DNA of 32,000 bases from Candidatus Saccharimonadota bacterium (lineage in GTDB: Bacteria; Pseudomonadota; Alphaproteobacteria; Rickettsiales; Anaplasmataceae). The stretch lies in NCBI RefSeq assembly GCF_013365495.1, contig NZ_CP046580.1, positions 90,001-122,000 on the forward strand. Reading direction: 5' to 3'. Shown here in pieces: positions 19,797 through 30,990 of this stretch (its first letter is position 1; every line of letters starts with the position of its first letter). The notes under the pieces were generated by a model. That model was not told where the DNA came from, made no database searches, and worked only from the letters and a program-made list of their open reading frames with translations. The position numbers and the translations under genes are program-made.

Positions 19797-20846
19797 TTAA
19801 CAACTTAAATCTATATTAACATGTCCCATTTTACGTTTGTCTCTTACTTCTTTTTTTCCATATATGGTTAAACTAGCTTTTTTATCTTTCAAATATTTAT
19901 TAAAATAGTATATGTTATTACCTATTATATTTTTTGTCATGCAAGGAAAACGTAATGCTATTTCTTGCATAGGAAACCCACATATTATTCTGACTAGCTG
20001 CTCAAACTGACTGACGTTACATGCATCTAAGCTCCAGTGACAAGAATTGTGAGGTCTTGGAGCAAGTTCATTAACTAGCAACTCATTATTTTTAGTAATG
20101 AAAAATTCAATAGCTAAAATTCCTATTATGTTCAATGTATCTACTATTTTTCTTGCTACTTGTTGTATTTCCCAAATTACTTTGCTATCTATTTTAGCTG
20201 GCACAATTGAGGTATCAAGTATCCCATCGACATGATGATTTTCTGCTATAGGGAAAAAAGCCACTTTACCGCTTTTATCTCTTGCAACAACTATTGAAAC
20301 TTCTTTTATTAAATCAATATTCTCTTCTAAAATATATTGTTGTGTATTCCAATTAAGAAAGGCAAATTGCTTTACTTCGGAATCTTTTTTAATTATATAC
20401 TGTCCTTTTCCATCATATCCCATTTCTGTTGTTTTTAGTCTTATTGGGTAGTCAAAAGTTTTGCTGCTTTTTAATAATTCATCATAATTTTGTATATGTT
20501 TATAACTAGCAATCTTTATGTTTAAATTCTTAATAAAATCTTTTTCTCTAAGTCTATTTTGTGAAATATATAATGCTTCTTTACTAGGATAAAAGTTTAC
20601 ATGTTGTAATATGATGTCAACTGCATCACATGGAACATTTTCAGATTCAACAGTTACTAAATCTACATTTTGTGCAAAAGATTCAAGCGCTCTTTTATCA
20701 GATAAATCTGCTATTGTTAAATTATCAGTAATAGAACAGGCTGGATCATCTTTATTGTTAGTAAAAATATGTACTTTTTGCCCGAGTTTTGTTGCAGCGA
20801 TAGCAATCATTTTGCCTAATTGTCCACCACCTATTATTCCTATCAT
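19797..20846 (-). CDS. purK: N5-carboxyaminoimidazole ribonucleotide synthase
   Basis: 349 aa. N-terminal MIGIIGGGQLGKM, ATP-grasp core (YDGKGQ, ELAPRPHNS), C-terminal RKMGH. Confidence 0.9.
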   Translation of the reverse strand: MIGIIGGGQLGKMIAIAATKLGQKVHIFTNNKDDPACSITDNLTIADLSDKRALESFAQNVDLVTVESENVPCDAVDIILQHVNFYPSKEALYISQNRLREKDFIKNLNIKIASYKHIQNYDELLKSSKTFDYPIRLKTTEMGYDGKGQYIIKKDSEVKQFAFLNWNTQQYILEENIDLIKEVSIVVARDKSGKVAFFPIAENHHVDGILDTSIVPAKIDSKVIWEIQQVARKIVDTLNIIGILAIEFFITKNNELLVNELAPRPHNSCHWSLDACNVSQFEQLVRIICGFPMQEIALRFPCMTKNIIGNNIYYFNKYLKDKKASLTIYGKKEVRDKRKMGHVNIDLSC

Positions 20847-20958
20847 TATTATATAATTAACTATTTATTTATATAATTTCTGCAATTAGAGTATAATAAT
20901 ATACTTGAAAAGTCTATGGGAATAGGTATAATTTTAATGTTATTTTTTTATTATAATA

Positions 20959-21363
20959 ATGACTTTAGAATACACACTTACTACTAATTCTGTTGAAGTG
21001 ACAGTTTTGCCAGTTTATATTGAAGAACAATCTATTCCTTATGAAAATTGTTATGTATGGGTATATAATGTTAAAATAAAGAATAAGGGTTCATCAAGTA
21101 TTCAATTGTTAAGTCGTCATTGGCAAATAATAGACTATAAGGGAAAGGTAAATGAAATTGCGGGTGTTGGAGTTATTGGAGAACAACCTGTTATTAAACC
21201 TGGAGAAATATTTAAATATACAAGTGGAACATATTTAAATGCACCGTCTGGAATAATGCAAGGTAAATATGAATTCTTAAATGAAGAAAGCACAAAAACT
21301 TTTGAGGTTATGATACCACCTTTCTCTTTAGACAGTCCATATACAAATATTAGGTCGCATTAA
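20959..21363 (+). CDS. apaG: ApaG-domain protein
   Basis: 134 aa. [39 protein letters not shown] matches the ApaG/DUF525 core. Confidence 0.85.
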   Translation: MTLEYTLTTNSVEVTVLPVYIEEQSIPYENCYVWVYNVKIKNKGSSSIQLLSRHWQIIDYKGKVNEIAGVGVIGEQPVIKPGEIFKYTSGTYLNAPSGIMQGKYEFLNEESTKTFEVMIPPFSLDSPYTNIRSH

Positions 21364-22974
21364 ATTTGTTCTAATTTTGCAAAAGTGGTAGTATTTTATT
21401 GTTAAGTTAAACAAATTTGTATAGGATATTAAACTAGTGGTAGCTATTTTTTTCTATAAGAGAAAGATGTATCTTCTTTAGGTTTTTCTCATAGTTTATA
21501 AGCTAGAATATTTTAGTTAATAAGGAGTTTTGAAATTGATATTATATTTTGCTTATGAGTATTGTTATGAGCTATTTTAAAGATCATGAATAAATGTAGG
21601 AAAAAAAATTTGATATTATGGGACTTTTGATAAAAAATAAATGTTTAGCAAATAAAAATAGCACAATTTATGTATATATGGTTTATTTAATCTGACATTT
21701 TTTTTAAGTTTTGATTAATTAATTTAAAAAAATAGTTAAGTAATGAAAGCACTAAGTTTCTATTAAACTAATTTCTTTGATATATTGGGTAGAAGAGGGT
21801 ATTTCATTTAAAATGATTGTTTATTATTATAATTAATTAGTAATTTAAAGTTATATAACCTAAAGGATAAAAAGCATGAGTAAATAGTATTATCTTTTAT
21901 ACATATGTACTGATGGTTATACAAGTATTAATAAAGAAGATTAGTATAGTAATAAATGATAAAGTAAAGCCATTATTATATATTACAGGGGAAAACGTTT
22001 ACTACACTTTCTTTAATGATATAAATGAAACTACGGTAAACCCTTATACTTTTCGCTATTTTGGTAGTTTGTATTGACATTGGTTGAAAATAGGATATTC
22101 ATTCTTTTTATAGTATTTTTTTAATTATTACTAATTATAGAAAGGATTAATTCTGTATTGTGGAGTAGTTACTGGATATTTGTTATGTCGTAAAAGCTGT
22201 GGTATAAAATATTTTTATGATGAAAGTATTAATTGAAGAGAATGTGTACTAAGTTTATAATTGACTTTTATCAAACAATACTCAGGATGACTTAGTTATA
22301 ATATAGCCATGAAATAATATTGTATGAAAAATAGTTTTTTATATACAAAACTTTTAAATATTAATGTAACAGATATTGATTACCATAGTATTTTTAAAAC
22401 TTTGGATGAACTAATATGTAAGTTAGGAATATGAATTGTGAATTTTATACAATATTATTGTACATATTAAAGACTTGATTTAGGTAGAACAATAATTATC
22501 TTTTTATTTTTAAATGTGGGTTTTCTGCTTTATATTTTAGACATGTAATTTTCAGTGCATTGACATAAATAAACTGTACTCAGTTCTAAAACTGATGTAA
22601 GAAAAAAATAGGTAATCTTAAGTTTTATCAGGAAAAAACGTGATTAATTAAATGGCGTTATTCAAGATGAAGATATATTTAGTTATCATTCAATGATATT
22701 TAATGTATATATAGAAAAAAATGTGCCGATGAATCTGTCAAAGTTTGTTGCTTCTATAAGTAAAATTGGTATCAGTAATATATAAAGTAAAAATAATATT
22801 TTGATGTAAGAAATAAGAGATATTTTTAAATGCTCTAAGAAATTTTTTTAGTCAATACTGCTTTTAGTATGAAAATGTTGCGCATAGACAAGATAAAGAT
22901 ATCTGGAGCAGATTGATCTATTGAATAGTTTCACAATTTCATATATTATACTTTAAGTTGATAGATTAATAGTT

Positions 22975-23790
22975 ATGAGTTTTATCATTACAACTTTTTA
23001 CCACTTTGTAGAACTCTCTAATTATTATGACATGAAAGATACGATAAGAGCTATATGTGATGATGTTAAGTTGAAGGGTACTATTATCCTTGCAGAAGAA
23101 GGTATTAATGCGACTCTATCTGGTGGAAAAAATGCAATTGATAAAATATTTGATTTTTTACGTTCTGATTACAGACTGAAAAATCTTATGTGGAAAGAAA
23201 GTATAGCAGAATTTCAGCCGTTTAGTAAAATGAAAGTAAAGTTAAAAAAAGAAATTGTAAATTTAGGTATAAGAAATCTTGATATTTCTTTTAGAGGTAA
23301 GTATATCGATCCAGAGCATTGGGATAATTTTACTTCTCAATCTGATGTTTTAGTAATAGATTCACGAAATGAATATGAAATAAGATTAGGTAGGTTTAAA
23401 GGTGCAATTAATCCAAATATTCGACATTTTCGTGAATTCCCTCAGTGGGTAAAATCTTTTTTCTCTAAAAGTAAAAATCTGAAAATAGCTATGTACTGTA
23501 CGGGTGGAGTGAGGTGTGAAAAATCTTCAGCGTATATGAAGAGTATTGGATTTAACAATGTGTACCATCTTAAAGGTGGTATTCTTTCTTATCTTGAAAA
23601 AACTCATAATAAAAATAATAATTGGGAAGGTGAATGTTTTGTTTTTGATAATAGAGTTGCTATTAATAGTTCGCTTGTTCCAAGTGATAAAATAAAATGT
23701 ATATTTTGTTTCAATCAAGTTTCAACAAATAAGTTAAAATCATCCTCACGTGGCCAAGTAATTTGCTATAATTGTAAATTTAAAATTTAA
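22975..23790 (+). CDS. trhO: Rhodanese-domain tRNA uridine(34) hydroxylase (TrhO/YceA, UPF0176 family)
   Basis: 271 aa. N-terminal FYHF start, rhodanese active-site loop YCTGGVRCEKSSAY, C-terminal Cys pairs (CIFC...CYNC). Confidence 0.85.
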   Translation: MSFIITTFYHFVELSNYYDMKDTIRAICDDVKLKGTIILAEEGINATLSGGKNAIDKIFDFLRSDYRLKNLMWKESIAEFQPFSKMKVKLKKEIVNLGIRNLDISFRGKYIDPEHWDNFTSQSDVLVIDSRNEYEIRLGRFKGAINPNIRHFREFPQWVKSFFSKSKNLKIAMYCTGGVRCEKSSAYMKSIGFNNVYHLKGGILSYLEKTHNKNNNWEGECFVFDNRVAINSSLVPSDKIKCIFCFNQVSTNKLKSSSRGQVICYNCKFKI

Positions 23791-24419
23791 AAAATTTCGC
23801 AAGTATTTGTATTCTATTACCTTTGTCTCCTTGATAACGTTCTCAGGTGAGTTAAGTATACTTAAAAAGTAGAATTTTTTATTTTTTTAGTACCTTCTTT
23901 AAGTCTACTCGCAGAGTTTAGATGTTGAATTTTCTTTCTGCATCACAACTGAGAAAAATATAAGGACAAGGAGTTTTACTCTGTGACCGTGACAGTGAAG
24001 ATGTATTTTTCTTTTGTTAAACTTTTTTTTTTCAAGTTAACTAATTAGTTCCTTCTTTTAGAAAGAAAAACAAGCTTTTTTATTAGTTTTACATGCTAGT
24101 TTTAACTTATTTTCTTTAAGGAGAAAAATTTATTATATTATTAAATAGATAAGTAGTACAATACAGTTTCTCTTTATTTTTTGAATCTTTAGTAAATTCT
24201 TTACTCAATGTCCTTAAAGAAAATAAACTAAACCTACAATAGTATTTCTGGCTATCTTTAGATTAGTTTTATACTAAAGTAAAGTGTTTAGAATTAAAGT
24301 TTTCATTTAATGCTTGACTAACTTTAAAGAATGCATACTTTATCAATTTTTTATTATCTAGTAATTGGCCAACATTGATTGAAATATCTTTAAATCTATT
24401 TATTAGATATTTAAATCAC

Positions 24420-24480
24420 TTTTTTGCAGAGAAGATTTTTTGTAGATTTTTGGCATAAAATATTGATTATTTCTTTTCTT
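24420..24480 (+). repeat. Weak dispersed intergenic repeat, copy 1 of pair B
   Basis: Shares the exact 14-mer TTTTTGCAGAGAAG and a downstream ATATTGAT...TCTTTT block with 30942-30990. The spacing differs by about 12 nt. Confidence 0.25.
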
Positions 24481-24834
24481 TTATACCTATTGCAAAATCT
24501 ATAGGATTTATAAATATTTTTAATAAATTATTAAGGTTATCGCCTATACCATTTCTAAATAAGTTTCTACTAATTTAATTCTAATTTTTATCATATAAAA
24601 AGTTTTCTTCATGAATTACTACATTTTTAACTATTTAGATAAATTTTTATAATATTACTATATTTTACTCTTATTATTGGGATAATTTTTAAATTAAATA
24701 TAAGCTATAATTTTTAATATCATTAAACATAACTTATTTTTATATACAGTAATAATGTGTAATTATTTTCTACTTATAAGATTTTGTATCTTAATGTTTT
24801 TAAAGGAAAAGCTATAAACATATACTTTTTAGTT

Positions 24835-27285
24835 TTACTTTTTATTCTTAATTAAATCTAAGGCCTTTTTTAGATTTATACTTTCAATATCTATGTTCTT
24901 ACTCAAAGCAACTTTTGTTCTACCAATCTTTATATAGAACCCATACCTACCACTGAGAATGAAAACTTCTTTTCCATTTTTATTAAGTCCGAGAGATTTT
25001 TGCCATTTTTGTGAATTGTTTGCAATAATTTGTATAGCTTCATTCAACTGTATTTTTAATGCTTCTTTGGAACTTTTTTTCAGAGGAAAATATTTATCAT
25101 CATAAAAAATATAGTACCCAAACCTTCCAAGACCAATTTTTACTTTTTTTTCAGTGTTAGGATGTTTTCCGATTATTTTTGGTAAAGAAAGTAACTGTAT
25201 AGCAGTAATTAAATTAATATCATTAATGTTCATATCTTTAGGGATAAATCCTGTCTTTTTCCTTTTTGACTTATTATTAGATTCTAAATAAACTCCGAAA
25301 GGACCTTTTTTAATCATTATTTCTTGTCCAGTTATCTCATCTATACCCAAACTTCTTGGGTATTCAGAGTTATCATTACTGGCAATAATTTCTTTTGTAT
25401 AATTGCATGTAGGATAATTAGAACATCCAAGAAATATCCCAGCTTTTCCAAAGTTTAATTTCAATGTGCCATCAGAACAGCTAGAACATTTTTTGCCTAT
25501 TTCTTTTTTTTCTTCCTTTAGATAAAACCAATCAACTATTAAATCATGAATTCCATTAAAAATTTCATCATGCGTCATTTGCTTCACAGAATTTACAAGA
25601 TTAAAAAACGGTACCCAAAAATGGCTAAGTTCTTTTTTCCAATCTGCACATCCATTTGAAATTAAATCAAGTTTTTCTTCTATTTGTGCTGTAAAGTTAT
25701 ATTCTATACACTTCCGAAAAAAAGTTTCTAAAAATATGGTAACAATCTTACCACGACTGCTTGGAATAAATCTTTTGTTATCTAGTATAACGTATCCACG
25801 GTCTTGTAATACTGAAATAATAATCGTATAAGTTGATGGACGTCCTATACCAATTTCCTCCATTTTTTTTACGATACTTGCTTCACTGTAACGTAATGGT
25901 GGTTGGGTAAAATGTTGTTTTGAATCAACAGAAATTAGCTTACAAGTTTCACCTATTTTCATAATAGATAGAAAGCTTTCATTCTTATTGTCTATATTAT
26001 ACTTATAGATTTTATAGAAACCATCAAAAAATATGCTTGATTCACTCGTTTGTAAAATTACTTTTTGATCAGTAGAACTAATTTCAACTGTCATCTGATT
26101 AAGGATCACTGATTCCATTTGACTTGTAATAGTCCTTTTCCAAATTAAATCATATAATTTGAATTGCTCTGGTGTTAAATAGTCTTTAATACTATCTGGT
26201 GTTCTATTTATGTCAGTTGGGCGAATTGCTTCATGGGCTTCCTGAGCATTTTTAATCTTTTTTACATATTGATGGGGAAACTTTGGTAAATATCTATCGC
26301 CATATAGTAATTTAATCAACTTTCTGATTGAAGTTATAGCCTCGCTTGCAATATGGAATCCATCTGTACGCATATAAGTTATCAGTCCTACAGTCTCACC
26401 ACCGATATTGATACCTTCATATAAATTTTGTGCTATATACATAACATCTTTCACGCTTAAATGTAGCTTGCTTACTGCATCTTGCTGAAGACTTGAAGTA
26501 ATAAATGGAGGCAACGGATTCCTTTTAACTTGTTTGTGATCTATTATATTTATGATATATTGTCGTGATTTAATCTCATTTGCTAAGTTCTTTGCTTCTT
26601 CTTGATTCTTGATACTAAACTTTTCTAGTTTTTTATTGTTATAGTGGCTTAGTACAGCAAAAAATGTTTCGCTTTTACTATTTTGCATTTTTACTTTTAT
26701 GCTCCAGTATTCTTGTGATATAAACTTACTAATTTCATCTTCCCGTTCACATATAAGCTTAAGTACAACAGATTGCACCCTCCCTGCAGATTTGCTTCCT
26801 GACAGCTTAGTCCATAATAGTGGTGATAAATTAAATCCTACTAGATAATCTAAAGCTCTACGTGCCTGCTGTGCACGTACTAAATCCATATTTATTTTAC
26901 GTGGATTTTTAATAGCCTCTTGTACTGCTCTTTTTGTTATTTCATTAAAAACTACTCTATAAATATTGCTTTTATTATTAATTGCTTTTCTTTCTTTTAA
27001 TGCTTCTATTATATTCCAAGCTATTGCTTCTCCTTCTCTATCTGGATCTGTTGCAAGGTATATATCAGATGTCTTGCTTGCTTCCTTAGCTAATTTTTTC
27101 ACATATTTTTCTGCTTTTTCGATGATTTCGTATTTTATAGCAAAATTATTATCTGGATCAACAGATCCATTTTTTACTGGAAGATCTCTTATATGTCCAA
27201 AAGATGCAGCTACTTTAAATTTTTTATTTAAAAACTTACCTATTGTTTTTGCTTTTGTAGGCGACTCAACTATTAATAATGCCAT
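24835..27285 (-). CDS. topA: DNA topoisomerase I
   Basis: 816 aa. TOPRIM start LLIVESPTKAKTIGKFL, DPDREGEAIAW, active-site region GLITYMRTDG, one C-terminal Cys4 zinc ribbon (CSSC...CSNYPTC). Confidence 0.97.
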   Translation of the reverse strand: MALLIVESPTKAKTIGKFLNKKFKVAASFGHIRDLPVKNGSVDPDNNFAIKYEIIEKAEKYVKKLAKEASKTSDIYLATDPDREGEAIAWNIIEALKERKAINNKSNIYRVVFNEITKRAVQEAIKNPRKINMDLVRAQQARRALDYLVGFNLSPLLWTKLSGSKSAGRVQSVVLKLICEREDEISKFISQEYWSIKVKMQNSKSETFFAVLSHYNNKKLEKFSIKNQEEAKNLANEIKSRQYIINIIDHKQVKRNPLPPFITSSLQQDAVSKLHLSVKDVMYIAQNLYEGINIGGETVGLITYMRTDGFHIASEAITSIRKLIKLLYGDRYLPKFPHQYVKKIKNAQEAHEAIRPTDINRTPDSIKDYLTPEQFKLYDLIWKRTITSQMESVILNQMTVEISSTDQKVILQTSESSIFFDGFYKIYKYNIDNKNESFLSIMKIGETCKLISVDSKQHFTQPPLRYSEASIVKKMEEIGIGRPSTYTIIISVLQDRGYVILDNKRFIPSSRGKIVTIFLETFFRKCIEYNFTAQIEEKLDLISNGCADWKKELSHFWVPFFNLVNSVKQMTHDEIFNGIHDLIVDWFYLKEEKKEIGKKCSSCSDGTLKLNFGKAGIFLGCSNYPTCNYTKEIIASNDNSEYPRSLGIDEITGQEIMIKKGPFGVYLESNNKSKRKKTGFIPKDMNINDINLITAIQLLSLPKIIGKHPNTEKKVKIGLGRFGYYIFYDDKYFPLKKSSKEALKIQLNEAIQIIANNSQKWQKSLGLNKNGKEVFILSGRYGFYIKIGRTKVALSKNIDIESINLKKALDLIKNKK

Positions 27286-28610
27286 ATTATTAAATACTTA
27301 GAGATAATATCTTGGGGAATATATGGTGAAAAGTAAAAAACATTTTAATTGCTATTTGAATTTTATTCAATAAACTATGATCATTATAAAATCTTGAGCT
27401 TAGTATTTTAAATGCTTTTAAAGATTTTTATAATATACTGAAATGTAAGCAAAACAATTAATTTAACTTTTTATTACGCTGCTAACATTTTTAAGCAAAT
27501 TGAGTTAGTTCTTCATAAAATGGAAGAAATATATTCAGCCCCTGTTAATATAAAAGATACCTGTAATAAAAGGCGGGTTATTTTTTGTGTTGTTTTTTTT
27601 GTAAATAAATCTTTTCATCCTATGATAAGGAATTTTTTAGGTTATTTATCATCTTTTTGAGACTAAGTTCAAGTTCAGTAACTTTTACGATTATAATGAT
27701 TACGGTACTGTTTTGATACCAATCATATGCTTTTTTTTTTATTTTAGATCATTTTAACTAAGCTATAAGATCTTTTCAATTTTATCAATTGCGTTAATAC
27801 TATCTGCAATAATTTTCTATGTTCTGTAATAAATTTTAGACATTTTAAGGTGATTTTATTTATTGTATATGTTAATGAAATCTTAAATCAGTTAACTGAC
27901 TTTTCTTCTAATGTTAAAAATTACATCACTTTTTTATCTGGAAAAAATTTATAGTGATTTAAGTGAAATTAATTTATCTAACTTAGAAAAAGTTATGAAA
28001 ATTACAATTTTAATATAACTAATAATGTTAGTAAATAGTTATGATTTTTATAAAGATGAGTATTATAATATATTTTATGCTTTTTCTCATTTTACTCAGT
28101 ATTATAAATAAAGTTCTCATTTTTATAATGCATTTTACTTTCTAAAAGCTATAATATAATTATTTTTTTCTTATAGAGACGATTCTTTTGTTCATGAATA
28201 TTTTTTTTATTTAGTTAGATTTTTTAATTTTTTTTAGATTTTATAAAATTAATTTGTGTTTATAGAAAATATGCCATTAAGTAAATTAGTCTGTAGAGAT
28301 TTACTAGTCTAAATTAGCAAAATTTTCTATAGCTTTACTAATGATTTTATAAGTGGAGAAAAAGTAAGCAAATTCTGTGATATAAAGTTTTATGAGCAAA
28401 ATGTTGTTCTTTCATTATATTTTATTGTTTGATGAGCAAAATTAGTAAATTTTGCTCTTCCTTCATCAACTTCCTTTTTTTATTTTGCATATCGTTATTA
28501 TATTTTTAAAAAAGCTTTAGTATGAACTTTTAAATTAAAAAACTTACTTACTTGTGGTAGATATGTATAAGTCATACAAAAGCTTGTAGTTATTAATATT
28601 CTTCTTAAGT

Positions 28611-28736
28611 CTCATCCTCTTTACCTATTTAATGTTTATAAATAGGTGAGCTTTATATCTATAATATCAATTATATGAAAATTTATAGGAAAATATTGTA
28701 ATTTCATGATATATGACGGATATTATTTTTTTGTAT
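28611..28736 (+). repeat. Weak dispersed intergenic repeat, copy 1 of pair A
   Basis: Shares CTCATCCTCTTTA (13-mer), TTTATAA-N-GTGA, ATAATAT and TTATTTTTTTGT blocks, in the same order, with 31803-31906. Confidence 0.35.
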
Positions 28737-29147
28737 ACTATTCTAGTATCTTAGTTGTTTTTTTTTATTTTTTTAATTTGATAATTACTAATGAGATTTT
28801 AGATTTTATATAAGTTTATCAAAAGATTATTATTTTATGTGATTTTATCATACAGCTACTTTTTTTATGTTTAATTCTACTTAGTGTTTTCTAGTGATTA
28901 GAAATTCTAATACTGCTTCATCAAATCAATTCTGATGTTTTTTTACTATTCAGTTTATGATTTTTTATATTCAAAAAGTTGCTAATAAGTGGATAAAAAT
29001 TTAACTTATATCTATTTTAAATTAAAATTGTCTTAAATAATTTTTTAAATTTACTACTTCTGAACTTTTATTTTGTTTAGCAGGCGCATTATTGTTAATA
29101 ATTTTTATATTTTTTTCCAGTAATTGAAGTTTAGTAAATAAGATGCC

Positions 29148-30077
29148 TTACACTAACTTTGTTATTTTGAATTGAACATTTTCGATAATACTAGTAGGCA
29201 TAACTGAAACCTTTGCATTTGTGCTTGTTTTCAAGTAGTTTATTAGTTCATCAACTAATATAGTGGGAGCTGATGCACCTGCAGTAATTCCTACTTTTTC
29301 TACGTTTTGTAACCAACTTTTATTTACATAGCTGTAGTTATCAATTAAGTAGGCTCTTCTTCCTTTTGCAATACATAGATCTAATAAGCGATTTGAATTT
29401 GAACTGTTTTTGCTTCCTACAATTAATACTACGTCTACAAACTCAGCTAATTTTTTAACAGCACTTTGCCTATTTTGGGTTGCATAACATATATCTTTTA
29501 AATTAGGACCTATAATGTTTGGGAATTTGAGCTTCAAAGTAGTAATAATTTTGCTGGTGTCATCGACACTGAGAGTAGTTTGTGTAACATAAGATAAATT
29601 ATTTGGATTTTTAACTTTTAAGGTGTATACATCTTCTACAGTTTGTACTAGAGCAATAGGATTATTTACTCTTCCTTTAATCCCTTTAACCTCTGGATGG
29701 GTTTCATGTCCAATTAGAATTAGTTCTTTACCATTATCTTCATAACTTTTTGCTTCTTTATGCACTTTACTAACTAGAGGACATGTTGCATCCACTACTT
29801 GAATACCTTTTTTTTTTGCTTCCTCTTCTGTGTTTTTTGGCACTCCATGTGCACTAAAAATTAATATTCCAGTATTATCTTTAACATCTTCAATACTGTT
29901 TATAAAAATCACTCCTTGTTTTTTAAAATTTTCTACTATGTATTTATTATGAACAATTTCATTTAGCACATAAACTTGACGTTTATTTTTGTATTTCTCG
30001 AGAATAGTGGTGAGTATAGCTATAGCTCTTTTGACTCCTGCACAAAATCCACGTGGCTCAGTTAAAATAATTTCCAT
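29148..30077 (-). CDS. ispH: 4-hydroxy-3-methylbut-2-enyl diphosphate reductase
   Basis: 309 aa. [13 protein letters not shown] (first cluster Cys), [10 protein letters not shown] (second Cys), and a SNSNRL motif. Confidence 0.95.
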   Translation of the reverse strand: MEIILTEPRGFCAGVKRAIAILTTILEKYKNKRQVYVLNEIVHNKYIVENFKKQGVIFINSIEDVKDNTGILIFSAHGVPKNTEEEAKKKGIQVVDATCPLVSKVHKEAKSYEDNGKELILIGHETHPEVKGIKGRVNNPIALVQTVEDVYTLKVKNPNNLSYVTQTTLSVDDTSKIITTLKLKFPNIIGPNLKDICYATQNRQSAVKKLAEFVDVVLIVGSKNSSNSNRLLDLCIAKGRRAYLIDNYSYVNKSWLQNVEKVGITAGASAPTILVDELINYLKTSTNAKVSVMPTSIIENVQFKITKLV

Positions 30078-30941
30078 TTGTTCAATTAAATTCTTCTATA
30101 TAAAGATTATTTTAAATAAATTACATTATCTATTCTAGAGTATATTATTTATATACTCAAACATACAGATAGTAGATAGTATTTTAGATAAAAAGAAAGT
30201 GATGATAGTAATAAATTCAAAAAAATATTATGTATAGATTGAATTGAAGTGAGAAAATTGAAAGAGTACAGAAATATAATGTGCTGATCTTAAATTAAAT
30301 CATTTTTGAATATAAAAATTTATATAAAATATTTTCCTTTACAAAGGAATTTTTTTAGCTATAAAGAAAGTTTATTTTAAAAGAACTATTTAACAATAAA
30401 AAATGTTGATATGTCCAGATAGGTTTTGTGATATTAAGCATATATGCTTTTTTACTTTAGTAGACAAAAAACATTGCAAAGCTAAAATGTGTGTATTAAA
30501 ATTTTAATTACTGTATTTAAAAGTATTTATGAGCATATTCAACTACTCTAAATAGACATAAAATTGTATTGAAAACACTAGTAAGGATTGTCAGCTAATT
30601 TCTATTAGGTACAAGAAAACTGAAATTATTTAAGATATTGAGAATAACAAGATATTGATGGTAGTTTACTCAATATAATTCTGGCTTAGAGCAAAATAAA
30701 AATACATAAAAGTTTGATTATTGTTTCTTCTTGTAAAGAAGATTGTAGTAAATTAAGTTTTAGTATAAATTATTGCCTTTAAAATTTTATAGATTGTAAA
30801 GATTTATTTTTTTTATAGCCTATAGTAGGATGGTTGATCTAGCGATACAGTAGCGTAGTATCTTTGATATAGACAAAAAAAGAATTTAATTTTGTTAAAT
30901 TTTAGTTAAATATTTTTTTTCAAAAAATATTTTATAAAAAG

Positions 30942-30990
30942 TTTTTGCAGAGAAGTTGGTTTTATAGTATATTGATCAATCTTTTTAAAG
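30942..30990 (+). repeat. Weak dispersed intergenic repeat, copy 2 of pair B
   Basis: See 24420-24480. Confidence 0.25.

Noticed and set aside
21913-22077. 54-aa ORF (MVIQVLIKKISIVINDKVKPLLYITGENVYYTFFNDINETTVNPYTFRYFGSLY) in the apaG-trhO desert, ending in an aromatic-rich C-terminus.
   Set aside because: It is below any reasonable length threshold for this composition and has no recognisable motif. An outer-membrane beta-signal or pseudogene-remnant reading would be pure speculation without homology searches.
47-27301. Fifteen ORFs in the supplied track lying antisense to well-supported genes: 47-301, 664-966, 3535-3747, 3985-4248, 4393-4605, 9634-9909, 10555-10755, 12229-12462, 15007-15282, 15889-16080, 17228-17623, 18933-19181, 20611-20856, 23527-23718 and 26966-27301.
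   Set aside because: Each is wholly or largely overlapped by a gene with strong family motifs on the other strand. Their translations are Ile/Phe/Ser/Leu-rich low-complexity strings, typical of the antisense of AT-rich purine-skewed genes, and none has a recognisable motif.
28205-28255. Similarity between the desert sequence TTTTTATT...TTTTTTAGATTTTATA and the 3' end of topA (24838-24885, TTTTTATT...TTTTTTAGATTTATA), considered as a possible topA relic analogous to the permease relic.
   Set aside because: The matching blocks are T-runs and low-complexity A/T, and the intervening 18-19 nt do not align. This cannot be distinguished from chance by eye.
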